64,000 nt of DNA from positions 84,687-148,686 of the forward strand of contig DATBLI010000095.1 in assembly GCA_036555455.1 (NCBI GenBank). The letters run 5' to 3'. The notes beneath the pieces were generated by a model, which saw only the letters and a program-made list of their open reading frames with translations, had not been told where the DNA came from and did not search any database. The position numbers and the translations under genes are program-made. Below are positions 25,481 to 34,057 of this stretch, in pieces. How positions within the stretch are numbered: the first letter of the stretch is position 1; each line of letters begins with the position of its first letter. The DNA comes from Thermoplasmata archaeon (GTDB lineage Archaea; Thermoplasmatota; Thermoplasmata; RBG-16-68-12).

Positions 25481-26512
25481 CTAGCGCTCCGCGATCGTCT
25501 CCTGGATCTTCATGCCAAGGTGCCGGCCGCCTTCATCGCGATGTAAGAGGATCTCATCGCCAGGCCGAATCTCCCTCACCGACCGGCCGCCCCCGGCGGG
25601 CGTGACGAACCGGATCGTCTCCGCGTTCTGCACGATCGTTGAAAAACGCTGGCCCTCGGCGACCGCCTCGAGCAGGACGAGCGGCCTTTGCTCGATCTTG
25701 ACGCGGCCGACGATGACGCTCCGAGCCTTGCCCTGCGCATCGACGGCGAGCACCTCGTCCCCGGCACGGAGCTCGCTGAGGTACTTCGTCATTCCGCCCG
25801 GGAGGAGGATGTACGCATGGACAGGACCTGCGTTCACGCGGAAGGGCCGGGGCGCGATGCGGCCCGACTCGATCGTCTCCGCGTGGACGAGGAACAGGCC
25901 CGCGGATGCGTTCCCGACGAGCATTCCCTCTCCGTCCTTCAGCAGGGAGCAGGTATCCACGCACACGCGGTCCCCGAGGCCGAGGGGACGTACGGCCGTG
26001 ACTGTGCCGACGACTAGGTGCACGGAGTTCGGATGAGACTCGAGGAGCCGACGGACGGTGCGGACCTCCTTCGCGGAACGCGGAGCGAGGAGGACGCCGT
26101 CCACCCCGACTTCCATGGTTTCGAAGAACAGCTTCGCCTCCGCCGCGTCATGGATTTCAGGAAGGAGCTTCGTCCCGCTCCCCTGGAAGGCGGCAATGAG
26201 GTTCTCCATCGGGATGACCTTCCAATCCTCCGTGCGCACGACGACATGCTTCGTCGCGCCGCGCAACCTGCGCACGGACTGCTCATCCTCCCCCCGCCGG
26301 ATCGTGGCGAGACGGCCGACCTCCTGGCCATCGAAGAGGAAGACGTCGCCATTCAGGCGAATCGGCGAGAAACGGCCGAGGCGCTGCAACGCCTCTGCCG
26401 GCCGGTCGAAGACGATCTGATCGAAGCCGGACTCGAGCGCGGCCGTCACGACGGACCGGACGTCCTCATTGTCTTCGGAGGGGAATGCCCCCACCCACAC
26501 GAGGCGGTCCAT
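25481..26512 (-). CDS. aroB': 3-dehydroquinate synthase II (archaeal, ADH-dependent)
   Basis: 'VWVGAFPSEDNEDVRSVVTAALESGFD', 'HVVVRTEDWKVIPMENLIA', 'ETMEVGVDGVLL' are typical of the DHQS-II family. Start ATG 26512. Confidence 0.85.
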   Translation of the reverse strand: MDRLVWVGAFPSEDNEDVRSVVTAALESGFDQIVFDRPAEALQRLGRFSPIRLNGDVFLFDGQEVGRLATIRRGEDEQSVRRLRGATKHVVVRTEDWKVIPMENLIAAFQGSGTKLLPEIHDAAEAKLFFETMEVGVDGVLLAPRSAKEVRTVRRLLESHPNSVHLVVGTVTAVRPLGLGDRVCVDTCSLLKDGEGMLVGNASAGLFLVHAETIESGRIAPRPFRVNAGPVHAYILLPGGMTKYLSELRAGDEVLAVDAQGKARSVIVGRVKIEQRPLVLLEAVAEGQRFSTIVQNAETIRFVTPAGGGRSVREIRPGDEILLHRDEGGRHLGMKIQETIAER

Positions 26513-26519
26513 GGCGACC

Positions 26520-27305
26520 TCACCCCCGATAGGCCTCCTCCACGGACGCACCGTCGAAGAGGATGCGGGCCATCGCATGTGTCATGCCGATGGGATCCTT
26601 TGCCTGGAACAGGTTCCGGCCCATGGAGACGCCCGCCGCGCCGCCGGCGAGCGAACCGGCGACAAGCTCGAGGGCTGCCTTCTCGGTTTCGAGCTTCGGA
26701 CCGCCGGCCACGACGACGGGCACGGGACAGCCTCGGACGACCTCCCTGAACGTCCCCGGAGAACCCGTGTAGAGCGTCTTGACGACGTCCGCGCCGAGCT
26801 CCGCACCCACGCGGGCGACGTGCTTCACGATGTCGACGTCGTACGGGTTCTTGATGTTCTCGCCGCGGGGGTACATCATCGCGAGGAGGGGCATCCCGAA
26901 GCGGTCGCACTCCGCGGCCACGGCCCCCAGCCCCCGAAGCATGAGATCGTCGTCCTCGCCGCCGAGGTTCACATGCACGCTGATCGCGTCCGCGCCGTAG
27001 GAAAGGGCCTCGGCGACGCCCGTCACGAGGACCTTGCGGTCCGCTTTCGGGCTGAGGGAGGTGGACGCGCTGAGGTGGAGGATGAGGCCCAGGCGCTCGT
27101 CGAAGTACTCCTTCGCGAAGCGCACGAGTCCCTTGTGCATTGCGATTGCCGTCGCACCGCCTTTGGCCACGTTGGCCACGGCCTTCCGGATGTCCTCAAG
27201 GCCCGCGATGGGGCCCGAGGAGACGCCGTGGTCCATCGCGACGATGAGGGCCTTGCCCCGGCTGAAGATGCGGTGAAGCCGAATCTCCTTCCCAATCGCG
27301 GACAT
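26520..27305 (-). CDS. aroA': 2-amino-3,7-dideoxy-D-threo-hept-6-ulosonate (ADH) synthase, DhnA-type class I aldolase family
   Basis: 'GKALIVAMDHGVSSGP', 'LILHLSAST', 'GADVVKTLY', 'VVVAGGPK', 'GVSMGRNLFQ'. Start ATG 27305. Confidence 0.85.
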   Translation of the reverse strand: MSAIGKEIRLHRIFSRGKALIVAMDHGVSSGPIAGLEDIRKAVANVAKGGATAIAMHKGLVRFAKEYFDERLGLILHLSASTSLSPKADRKVLVTGVAEALSYGADAISVHVNLGGEDDDLMLRGLGAVAAECDRFGMPLLAMMYPRGENIKNPYDVDIVKHVARVGAELGADVVKTLYTGSPGTFREVVRGCPVPVVVAGGPKLETEKAALELVAGSLAGGAAGVSMGRNLFQAKDPIGMTHAMARILFDGASVEEAYRG

Positions 27306-27399
27306 AGGACAGAGGGCCGCGCGACGGCGTGGCACGGCAGTACGTGGTTGTGCTAGATGAACCTTCCCAGACATGCGCGATGAATTCGCCGAATACCCT

Positions 27400-28335
27400 T
27401 CAGATACGGGCCGGGTGTCGGAGGTCGAGCCCCGCGAGAATCTGGACGGCGACGCGGTCCGTCTCCTTAGATCCCGAGAGCGCGGACCACGCGATGTCCG
27501 CGAGAGGAGAGCGCAGATGAATCTCGTGGAGGACTTCGTCCTCGAACGACGCCTGCGGAGGTTGTTCGATGACCGCAATCACTTGGCGCACGTCCTCGTG
27601 GCGTCCTGGGAACCACGGCGAATGGTACGCTTCGTCGACGGCGAGGAAGCAGCGGTGTTTCTCTGTTCCCGCGCCCATCCCGAACCGCCACTCTTTCGTG
27701 CGGCCCAGGATCCGTTTGACGGGGCCGAGGTCGCTCTTCGCGAGGACGGAGGCGAGGCTCGCGGCGAGCTTCGCCATCACTGACCCCATCGCCCCGAAGG
27801 CCCTCGTGAGGGGGACCTGCGGGAATGCCCGGAGGAGCTCGTCGTTCCCGAAGGCCACGAGGCCATCCACGCGCTCACGGAGGATAGCGAGTTGCGCCTC
27901 CGCGGCCTGCCGCCGCAGCATGCCCTCCGCGGCGAATGGAGTCGTCACCAGGGCGAGGCTCGTGTCTCCGAGAATCCGCGCGACTCGGCCGACGACGCCG
28001 GTGGCCCAGCCGCCGAAGTCACCCCCAAGTCCTCCGAGGATCACGACGAAGTCCCGGTCCTTGAGGGCGCTCGCGAGGTCCTTCTCCTCGTTCGTCGCGA
28101 GGGTCGGCACGACCTTCTCCTGGAGGGATGCGACCGCCTTGATGGGCTCCGCCTTCGCCAGGATGCGCGCCGGGAGGCCGACCATGGAAGGATGGGGCAC
28201 GTCATTGAGGGCGATGCGTTCCGCGCCGAGCGGCAGAGTGACGCGGCGCAGGGTGTTGCATCCCGCGCCGCCACAACCCACGATCGCCGCGCGGGCCCGC
28301 TCCTCGCCGCCACCCAGGCGCCAGGTTTCGGGCAC
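27400..28335 (-). CDS. FtsZ/tubulin-superfamily protein with degenerate GTP-binding motifs
   Basis: Colinear with FtsZ: 'AIVGCGGAGCNTL' (G1-like), 'VVILGGLGGDFGGWATGVVGRVA' (in place of GGGTGTG), 'LALVTTPFAAEG', 'VDGLVAFGNDELL', and a C-terminal domain 'WRFGMGAGTEKHRCFLAVDEAYHSP'. Confidence 0.7.
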   Translation of the reverse strand: MPETWRLGGGEERARAAIVGCGGAGCNTLRRVTLPLGAERIALNDVPHPSMVGLPARILAKAEPIKAVASLQEKVVPTLATNEEKDLASALKDRDFVVILGGLGGDFGGWATGVVGRVARILGDTSLALVTTPFAAEGMLRRQAAEAQLAILRERVDGLVAFGNDELLRAFPQVPLTRAFGAMGSVMAKLAASLASVLAKSDLGPVKRILGRTKEWRFGMGAGTEKHRCFLAVDEAYHSPWFPGRHEDVRQVIAVIEQPPQASFEDEVLHEIHLRSPLADIAWSALSGSKETDRVAVQILAGLDLRHPARI

Positions 28336-28436
28336 GGCCGCGGCATCGGGAGGCCACGAGATAAACCGCGCGGGAAAGGGTGGGATGAGGGCCCACGACG
28401 GAAACGTGGATATGGCAACGGAAGTTGCCTCCTACG

Positions 28437-29639
28437 ATGGTCCGTCAGGAGCCGCCGTCCCAGGCCGAGGCGATTATCGTCGGAGGCGGGTGCATGGGGG
28501 CGAGCGCCGCCTTCCACATGGCTCGCCGTGGAGTCCGCGTCGTCCTCGTGGAGAAAGGGCACATCGCCTCGGGTGCGACGGGGCATAGCGGCGCGATCGT
28601 GCGACAGCACTATGAGTCGCGCGTCGGTGTGCGCCTCGCGCGGGAAAGCCTCCGCTTCTTCCAGCGTTTCGAGCGGGAAATAGGCGGGTCATGTGACTTT
28701 CGGACCACGGGGTTCCTCTCGGGGACTCGTGAGCGCGACCTCCAGGCCTTCGAGGGCCTCTTCGAACTCCTCCAATCGGAGGGCATCGGCGTGCGTAAGC
28801 TCACACCCCAGGAGGCCAAGGAGGTGGAACCGCAGCTCGAGGTCTCCGACTACGCTACGGTGGTCCACGACCCGGATGCAGGCTACGCGGACCCCGTCGC
28901 GACCGCGAATGGGTTCGCGTCCGCCGCGGAGCGGGATGGGGCGATGCTCCTCGAGGACACGATGGCCCGGGGCCTTGTGTCCCGCAAAGGACGTGTTGGC
29001 GGGGTTCGGCTCCGCGGGGGAAGGGCGATCGCCTCCGAACGAGTCCTCCTCGCCGCGGGGAACTGGACGCCCGCCCTGGCCGCGGAGGTTGGCCTGCGGC
29101 TCCCCATCCGCTTCGTCCGAGGCAACGTGGCGATCCTCCGGAGACCTGCAGGATTCGGTGACCCGCCGAAGATTCACTTCGACTTCTACCACAACACGTA
29201 TTCACGTCCGGAAGCGGAAAAGGACATCCTCGTAGGCTACATGGACACGGATCCGCGAAGGACCGTGCGCCGCCACGAACTCGCAGACGACTCCGTCCCG
29301 GCGGCTATCGTGCGGGACTTGCGGTCACGCCTTGCGGGGCGCTTTCCCGCCATGGCTCGTGGGCAGCCCCGAGGCGGTTGGGCGGGAGTCTACGACGTCA
29401 CGCCGGATTCCTATCCAATCGTGGACCAAATGGCGCTGGAGGGCCTCTTCGTCGCGGCCGGGTTCAGCGGCCATGGGTTCAAGCTCTCGCCCGAGATCGG
29501 GCGGCTCCTCGCGGAACTCATGACCACGGGAAGCAAACCGGAGGGCTTGCGGCCTTTGAGGGGCTCGCGGTTTCGGGAGGGAGCGCCGATCCGAAAAGAC
29601 GCCCCTTTCCCCAACCGAGGCGCACCGAGGCTACCCTGA
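28437..29639 (+). CDS. FAD-dependent oxidoreductase (DAO / sarcosine-oxidase-beta-like)
   Basis: Rossmann motif 'AIIVGGGCMGASAAFHMARRGVRVVLVEK', 'GHSGAIV', 'GFSGHGFKLSP'. An alternative TTG start lies at 28425. Confidence 0.8.
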   Translation: MVRQEPPSQAEAIIVGGGCMGASAAFHMARRGVRVVLVEKGHIASGATGHSGAIVRQHYESRVGVRLARESLRFFQRFEREIGGSCDFRTTGFLSGTRERDLQAFEGLFELLQSEGIGVRKLTPQEAKEVEPQLEVSDYATVVHDPDAGYADPVATANGFASAAERDGAMLLEDTMARGLVSRKGRVGGVRLRGGRAIASERVLLAAGNWTPALAAEVGLRLPIRFVRGNVAILRRPAGFGDPPKIHFDFYHNTYSRPEAEKDILVGYMDTDPRRTVRRHELADDSVPAAIVRDLRSRLAGRFPAMARGQPRGGWAGVYDVTPDSYPIVDQMALEGLFVAAGFSGHGFKLSPEIGRLLAELMTTGSKPEGLRPLRGSRFREGAPIRKDAPFPNRGAPRLP

Positions 29640-30413
29640 AGCTTTGTTCTGCGGTGCGCGCCGAGGCCCACGGTGGTGCCATGCGACGAGGGCCTCCGCC
29701 GTCACAGTCCATGACCGAAGCGCGGCCGAGTGAATCGATACGACGCGGTCGCAGAGCTTCTCGACCGGGCTGCGGAAGGTTCCGTGGGGGAAGCCACCCA
29801 CGACCCCGACAAGATCCCCCCTCACCTTCGCGAACTCCCTCGGCAGGTCGATCGGTTCGCCTGACTCCGCGAAGGCCCAGCTCTCCCCCGGCAAGTCGGA
29901 GAGCAGGGTTTCGAGGGACACGCCCCCCTGGAGCGTGATGAGCGACTCCTCGTCGGGCACATGCCCTCTCTGGAACAAGTCCTCCATGAGGCCGACGAAA
30001 CGCGAATAGTTCTTTGGGACGCGCGTGTCCGGGCGGAAGCGCAGGACTTCGTCGTTCCGCGTGTGCACGATCGTCGTCAGGCCACCTTCGAGGTTGACGA
30101 CGGAATCGAGACAGAGGAGGACGAAGAGGTGGACGATGTCGGGACGACCGCGGCGCTCACCGTTGGGGAAGTTGCGCAGGGCCGAATGGTGCAGACTCGA
30201 GTCGAGCAGGATCGCCGCGGGGGATCGACCGCGCTTTCTCGCGGAGGCACGGACCGCAGGATGACCCGCGAGCTTGGGTGGGACCGGTTCCAGTTCCGCG
30301 TCCGCAAGGACGAGGGTGAGCACGCCGGCGGTATTCGCGGACGGCGCTTGAAGGTCTGCGGGAGGGCGAGCGTCATCGCTGCCGTCGGAAGACGGGAGGT
30401 TCGCCACTTTCAC
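29631..30413 (-). CDS. nep1: ribosomal RNA small-subunit methyltransferase Nep1 (Emg1 family)
   Basis: 'LTLVLADAELEPVP', 'RGRPDIVHLFVLLCLDS', 'VHTRNDEVLRFRPDTRVPKNYSRFVGLMEDLF'. There is no ATG. The candidate starts are GTG 30413 or GTG 30407. The rest of ORF 29631..31616 is the shadow of mre11. Confidence 0.8.
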   Translation of the reverse strand: MKVANLPSSDGSDDARPPADLQAPSANTAGVLTLVLADAELEPVPPKLAGHPAVRASARKRGRSPAAILLDSSLHHSALRNFPNGERRGRPDIVHLFVLLCLDSVVNLEGGLTTIVHTRNDEVLRFRPDTRVPKNYSRFVGLMEDLFQRGHVPDEESLITLQGGVSLETLLSDLPGESWAFAESGEPIDLPREFAKVRGDLVGVVGGFPHGTFRSPVEKLCDRVVSIHSAALRSWTVTAEALVAWHHRGPRRAPQNKASG

Positions 30414-30423
30414 CCACCCGCCG

Positions 30424-30437
30424 TTAAATACTATATG
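30424..30437. promoter_or_regulatory. shared AT-rich TATA-like element between divergent nep1 and mre11
   Basis: 'TTAAATACTATATG' is centred about 31-38 nt upstream of the mre11 ATG (30465) and about 17-23 nt from the nep1 GTG candidates. Confidence 0.4.
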
Positions 30438-30464
30438 TAGCCGGGCGGCGATGCGTCGGCAAGG

Positions 30465-31655
30465 ATGCACGAGATCGTCTGCACAGGGGACGTCCACGAG
30501 GGATTGTCCTTCGAGTTCCGCATCGACCCGGAGACCGGGATCTCGGAGCGTGCGATGGACCTCCATGGTAACTTCGCGAAGGCAGCGAAATGGGCGATCG
30601 ACCATCAGGCCTCCCTCTTCTGCATCCTGGGAGACCTCTTCGACCGCACGCACGTCGCGCCGGTGTTCCGGGAACTCGTGCGACGCGACGTCATTGAGCC
30701 CCTCGGGGAGGCGGGGATTGAGGTGTGGATCCTCGCCGGGAATCACGATCAGCCGAGACGGATCGCGCGATCCACATCCCTGGATGACTACCGCGGCTAC
30801 CCCCACGTCCGCGTGTTCCGCGAGCCCACGGTCGAGACCCGCGAGATCGGCGGGAAGAGGGTCGGGTTCGTCCTCCTGCCCTACCTCCACCCGGAGCAGG
30901 TTGTGGAGCAGATCCAGAGGAAGCTCGGAAAGGACGTCCCGCGGGAGGAAGCCTATGAGGCCGCCCGGCGACTCTGGAAGGCGTGGATTGAGAATCGCGC
31001 CGCGGAGTTGAAGGACGCTGACCTCCGCATCCTCTTCGGGCACTTCGAGTTCCAGGGCGTGCGGTACGCGAGCACGGCACCGGCCGAGATCGTGCCCCAC
31101 GACTTCACCTTCACCCGGGACATGCTTCCGGATTCGGTGGACCTCGCAGTCTTCGGCCACATCCACATGCACCAGGCCCTCTACGGCAAGGTCGTCTACA
31201 CGGGCGCACCGGAGAGAATCGACTGGGGGGAGCGCGTCGACCCGAAGGGCTTCCTCGTCGTTCGGCCCGACGGCACCTGGACCTTCGAGGAACTCCCCGC
31301 GCGGCCGATGGTCAAGGTCGATGTCGCGGTGGGCATCGGGGACGACGTCACGGGCCGAATCCTCGCCGCCCTTCCCGAGGATGTCGCGGGCAAGCTCCTG
31401 CGCCTTGAGATCCGCCTTCCCGACGAACTGCGGAGCCAGGTCGACGAGAAGAAGATCGACGAGAGGCTGCGGGACGCCTTCCACTACGAAATCAAGTTCG
31501 TGTCCACGGAGCGCGGGCGCGTGGTCACGGAGGAATTCACGATGGACCCGATGCGGCTCCTCGCGGACTACGTGGACAAGACCTTCGCCGACCACCCGCG
31601 GAAAGAGGCAATCCACACGGAGGCGCGGCGCATCCTGAAGGAGGCCCTCGCATGA
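30465..31655 (+). CDS. mre11: DNA double-strand break repair nuclease Mre11
   Basis: Phosphoesterase motifs 'TGDVHEG', 'ILGDLFD', 'LAGNHD', 'FGHFEF', 'VFGHIHMHQ'. Confidence 0.92.
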   Translation: MHEIVCTGDVHEGLSFEFRIDPETGISERAMDLHGNFAKAAKWAIDHQASLFCILGDLFDRTHVAPVFRELVRRDVIEPLGEAGIEVWILAGNHDQPRRIARSTSLDDYRGYPHVRVFREPTVETREIGGKRVGFVLLPYLHPEQVVEQIQRKLGKDVPREEAYEAARRLWKAWIENRAAELKDADLRILFGHFEFQGVRYASTAPAEIVPHDFTFTRDMLPDSVDLAVFGHIHMHQALYGKVVYTGAPERIDWGERVDPKGFLVVRPDGTWTFEELPARPMVKVDVAVGIGDDVTGRILAALPEDVAGKLLRLEIRLPDELRSQVDEKKIDERLRDAFHYEIKFVSTERGRVVTEEFTMDPMRLLADYVDKTFADHPRKEAIHTEARRILKEALA

Positions 31656-34057
31656 AAGGCGCGGACGCGGTCGAGGCCGAGACCGTGGAGGCCCTCGAGG
31701 CCGCGCCGCCCTCGGAAGGTTTCGTCCTCGAGGAGGTCGAGATGCGGGGCTTCATGCGCTACTTGGAGCGTACGGACCCGCCCCTCCGCTTTCCGGAGAA
31801 GTTCACGGTGATCACGGGACGAACAGGGGCGGGCAAGTCGTCGATCCTCGATGCGATCACCTTCGCCCTCTACGGCTCCACGGCACGCACGGACATCCAG
31901 AACGTGAAGACCTCGAGCATTTGCCGTCCGGGGGGATACGTGCGGGTGGCCTTCCGACAGGGGGAGAGCCGATGGGAGGTGAAGCGCGGGTTCACGTCCC
32001 GACGGGAGTCGTACCTCGAGGTCACGCGGGACGGGGAGTCGGTCCAAGGGACGATCCCAGAGAAGGACCAGACGATCCGCGAGGTGATCGGCCTCGATTA
32101 TGAGGGCTTTCGCAACTCCACGTTCGTGCGCCAAGAGGAGATGAAGGAGCTTGGCGCCCAGCGCGGCGCAGACCGGCTCGCGGTCTTCCAGAAGCTCTTC
32201 CGCCTCGAGGTGTTCGAGGGGGCCTTGGGGCGCGCGAAAGAGCAGCTGTCCTCGTTGCAGACCGACCTGAGGGCGAAGGACGCGGAGATCGCGGCGAGAC
32301 AGGAGGCACTTCAAGTCCTCCCGACTGCGAGAGAAGCCCTCGATGGTGCCCTGAGGGAACTCGTGAGCCGGAGGGGAGCAGCTCTGAATCTCGAACTGCG
32401 GGTCCGGGAAGCCGAGGCCTCCCTGAAGGAGCTTGAGGCGGACCACGAGGCATGGCTCCGCGCGACGTCGGCTCAGGAGGATCGCACATCCCGCCTTGGG
32501 AAGCTCGCGAAACGGATCGAAGGGGTGCGCTTTCAGAGCGAGGAGACGACGGACCTCAAGGACGAGCTCGAGATCCTCGAACAGGAGGTCGCGGACCTCG
32601 ATGCACTCCGTGAGATTGCGGATCAGCTTCGTGAGAAATCCCAAGCCCATGAGCGGCGACTCCAAGCCGCCCAAGCCGCGGAGAAGCTCTTCAGTCAAGC
32701 GAAGAAAGACCACGAGCGGCGACGGGACCAGATCAAAGACAAGATCGACCAGCTTCACCGGAAGATCGCATCCCTGAGGACGGATGTCGATCGAGACGCG
32801 GCCTTCGAGTTCCTCCGGGACGAGGGGCGGCTGGAGGAGCGGGTCGCCCGCATCGAGAGGGAGCTCGAGTGGCTCGCGGACCGTCCAGAACTCACGAAGG
32901 AACTCCACGCGGAACGCACCCGCACGGAAAAGGCTCTCGAACACGTGCGCGCGAAGGTGCAATCCGTTGACGCGGACTCCTTTGTCCTGACGGAACTCCG
33001 GCGGCAGCTCGAGGAACTCAAGGAGGAACTGCGCCGGGAAACAGAGGAGAGTCACCGGATCCTGAAGCCCCTCGACGACGACAAGATCGAGGCCCTCCGT
33101 GCCCTCGACGCCGCGCCGTTCGCAGAGGCGGATCAACGCCGTCTCGCGGACGTCTCGCAGCAGGTCCAATCGAAGGCCGCCCAGCGTCGGAGGGCCGACG
33201 AACTCGCGAGCCGACTGAAAGAAGCCGGGGACGCGAACGTCCTCCTCGCGGACCTCGAACGACAGCGAGCCGGGCTGGAGGAGGAGACGAGGATGGCCGA
33301 GGCGGCGATGCCTGGGCTTCGGGAGAGAGAGGAAACGTACCGCAGAGGCAAGGAGCAGCTCGAGCGCCAGCGCGCGGAACTCGACGTCTCCCGCCGCGAA
33401 CTGCACGTCCTCGAAGGCCGCACGAAGCAGCTCGAGGCCCAGATCGATGCGCTCGAGGTCGACGCACGTCGTCTCAAGGAAGCGGAAGGGCAGAGGGACG
33501 AGCTGCGGATGCGGATCGAGCTCATGGACATCCTCGTGAACCGCGTATTCCACAAGCGCGGGGTGGTCATGTACGCGGTTGACCAACTCCTGCCCGAGCT
33601 CGAAATCGAGGCCTCAAAGAACCTCTCCGAACTCACGGACGGCCGGTTCAGCCGGATCAAGCTCGAGACGTACGAGGAGGGGAGGGGCCACGGGATCCGC
33701 ATCCAAGTCCAAGGAGTCGACGACGGGTGGCACGACGTCGGCGAATTCAGCGGGGGCGAGAAGACGCAGATCAACGCGGCCCTGCGCTTCGCGATCGCGC
33801 GGCAGCTCGCCTCCCTGCCCCAGGCGGGCCGGGCCTTCGGCCGGATGAAGACCCTCTTCATCGACGAGGGCGACCTCGGGTCCCTCGACACGGAGGTCTC
33901 GCGGGAACTCTTCGTGCAGAAGCTCTTCCGGATGGGCGAGTTCTTCGAGAAGGTCATCCTCATCACGCACCTCCAAGAGGTCGCGGACCGGTTCCCAGGC
34001 CGGATCCGAATCACGATGACGCCGAACCAGGAGTCCCGGGTGGAAGTCCTCGCATGA
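31652..34057 (+). CDS. rad50: Rad50-type SMC-like ATPase (no zinc hook visible)
   Basis: Walker A 'GRTGAGKSSILDAITFALYG', long coiled coil, signature 'FSGGEKTQ', Walker B 'LFIDEGDLGSLD', 'LITH'. ATGA overlap with mre11. Confidence 0.9.
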   Translation: MKGADAVEAETVEALEAAPPSEGFVLEEVEMRGFMRYLERTDPPLRFPEKFTVITGRTGAGKSSILDAITFALYGSTARTDIQNVKTSSICRPGGYVRVAFRQGESRWEVKRGFTSRRESYLEVTRDGESVQGTIPEKDQTIREVIGLDYEGFRNSTFVRQEEMKELGAQRGADRLAVFQKLFRLEVFEGALGRAKEQLSSLQTDLRAKDAEIAARQEALQVLPTAREALDGALRELVSRRGAALNLELRVREAEASLKELEADHEAWLRATSAQEDRTSRLGKLAKRIEGVRFQSEETTDLKDELEILEQEVADLDALREIADQLREKSQAHERRLQAAQAAEKLFSQAKKDHERRRDQIKDKIDQLHRKIASLRTDVDRDAAFEFLRDEGRLEERVARIERELEWLADRPELTKELHAERTRTEKALEHVRAKVQSVDADSFVLTELRRQLEELKEELRRETEESHRILKPLDDDKIEALRALDAAPFAEADQRRLADVSQQVQSKAAQRRRADELASRLKEAGDANVLLADLERQRAGLEEETRMAEAAMPGLREREETYRRGKEQLERQRAELDVSRRELHVLEGRTKQLEAQIDALEVDARRLKEAEGQRDELRMRIELMDILVNRVFHKRGVVMYAVDQLLPELEIEASKNLSELTDGRFSRIKLETYEEGRGHGIRIQVQGVDDGWHDVGEFSGGEKTQINAALRFAIARQLASLPQAGRAFGRMKTLFIDEGDLGSLDTEVSRELFVQKLFRMGEFFEKVILITHLQEVADRFPGRIRITMTPNQESRVEVLA

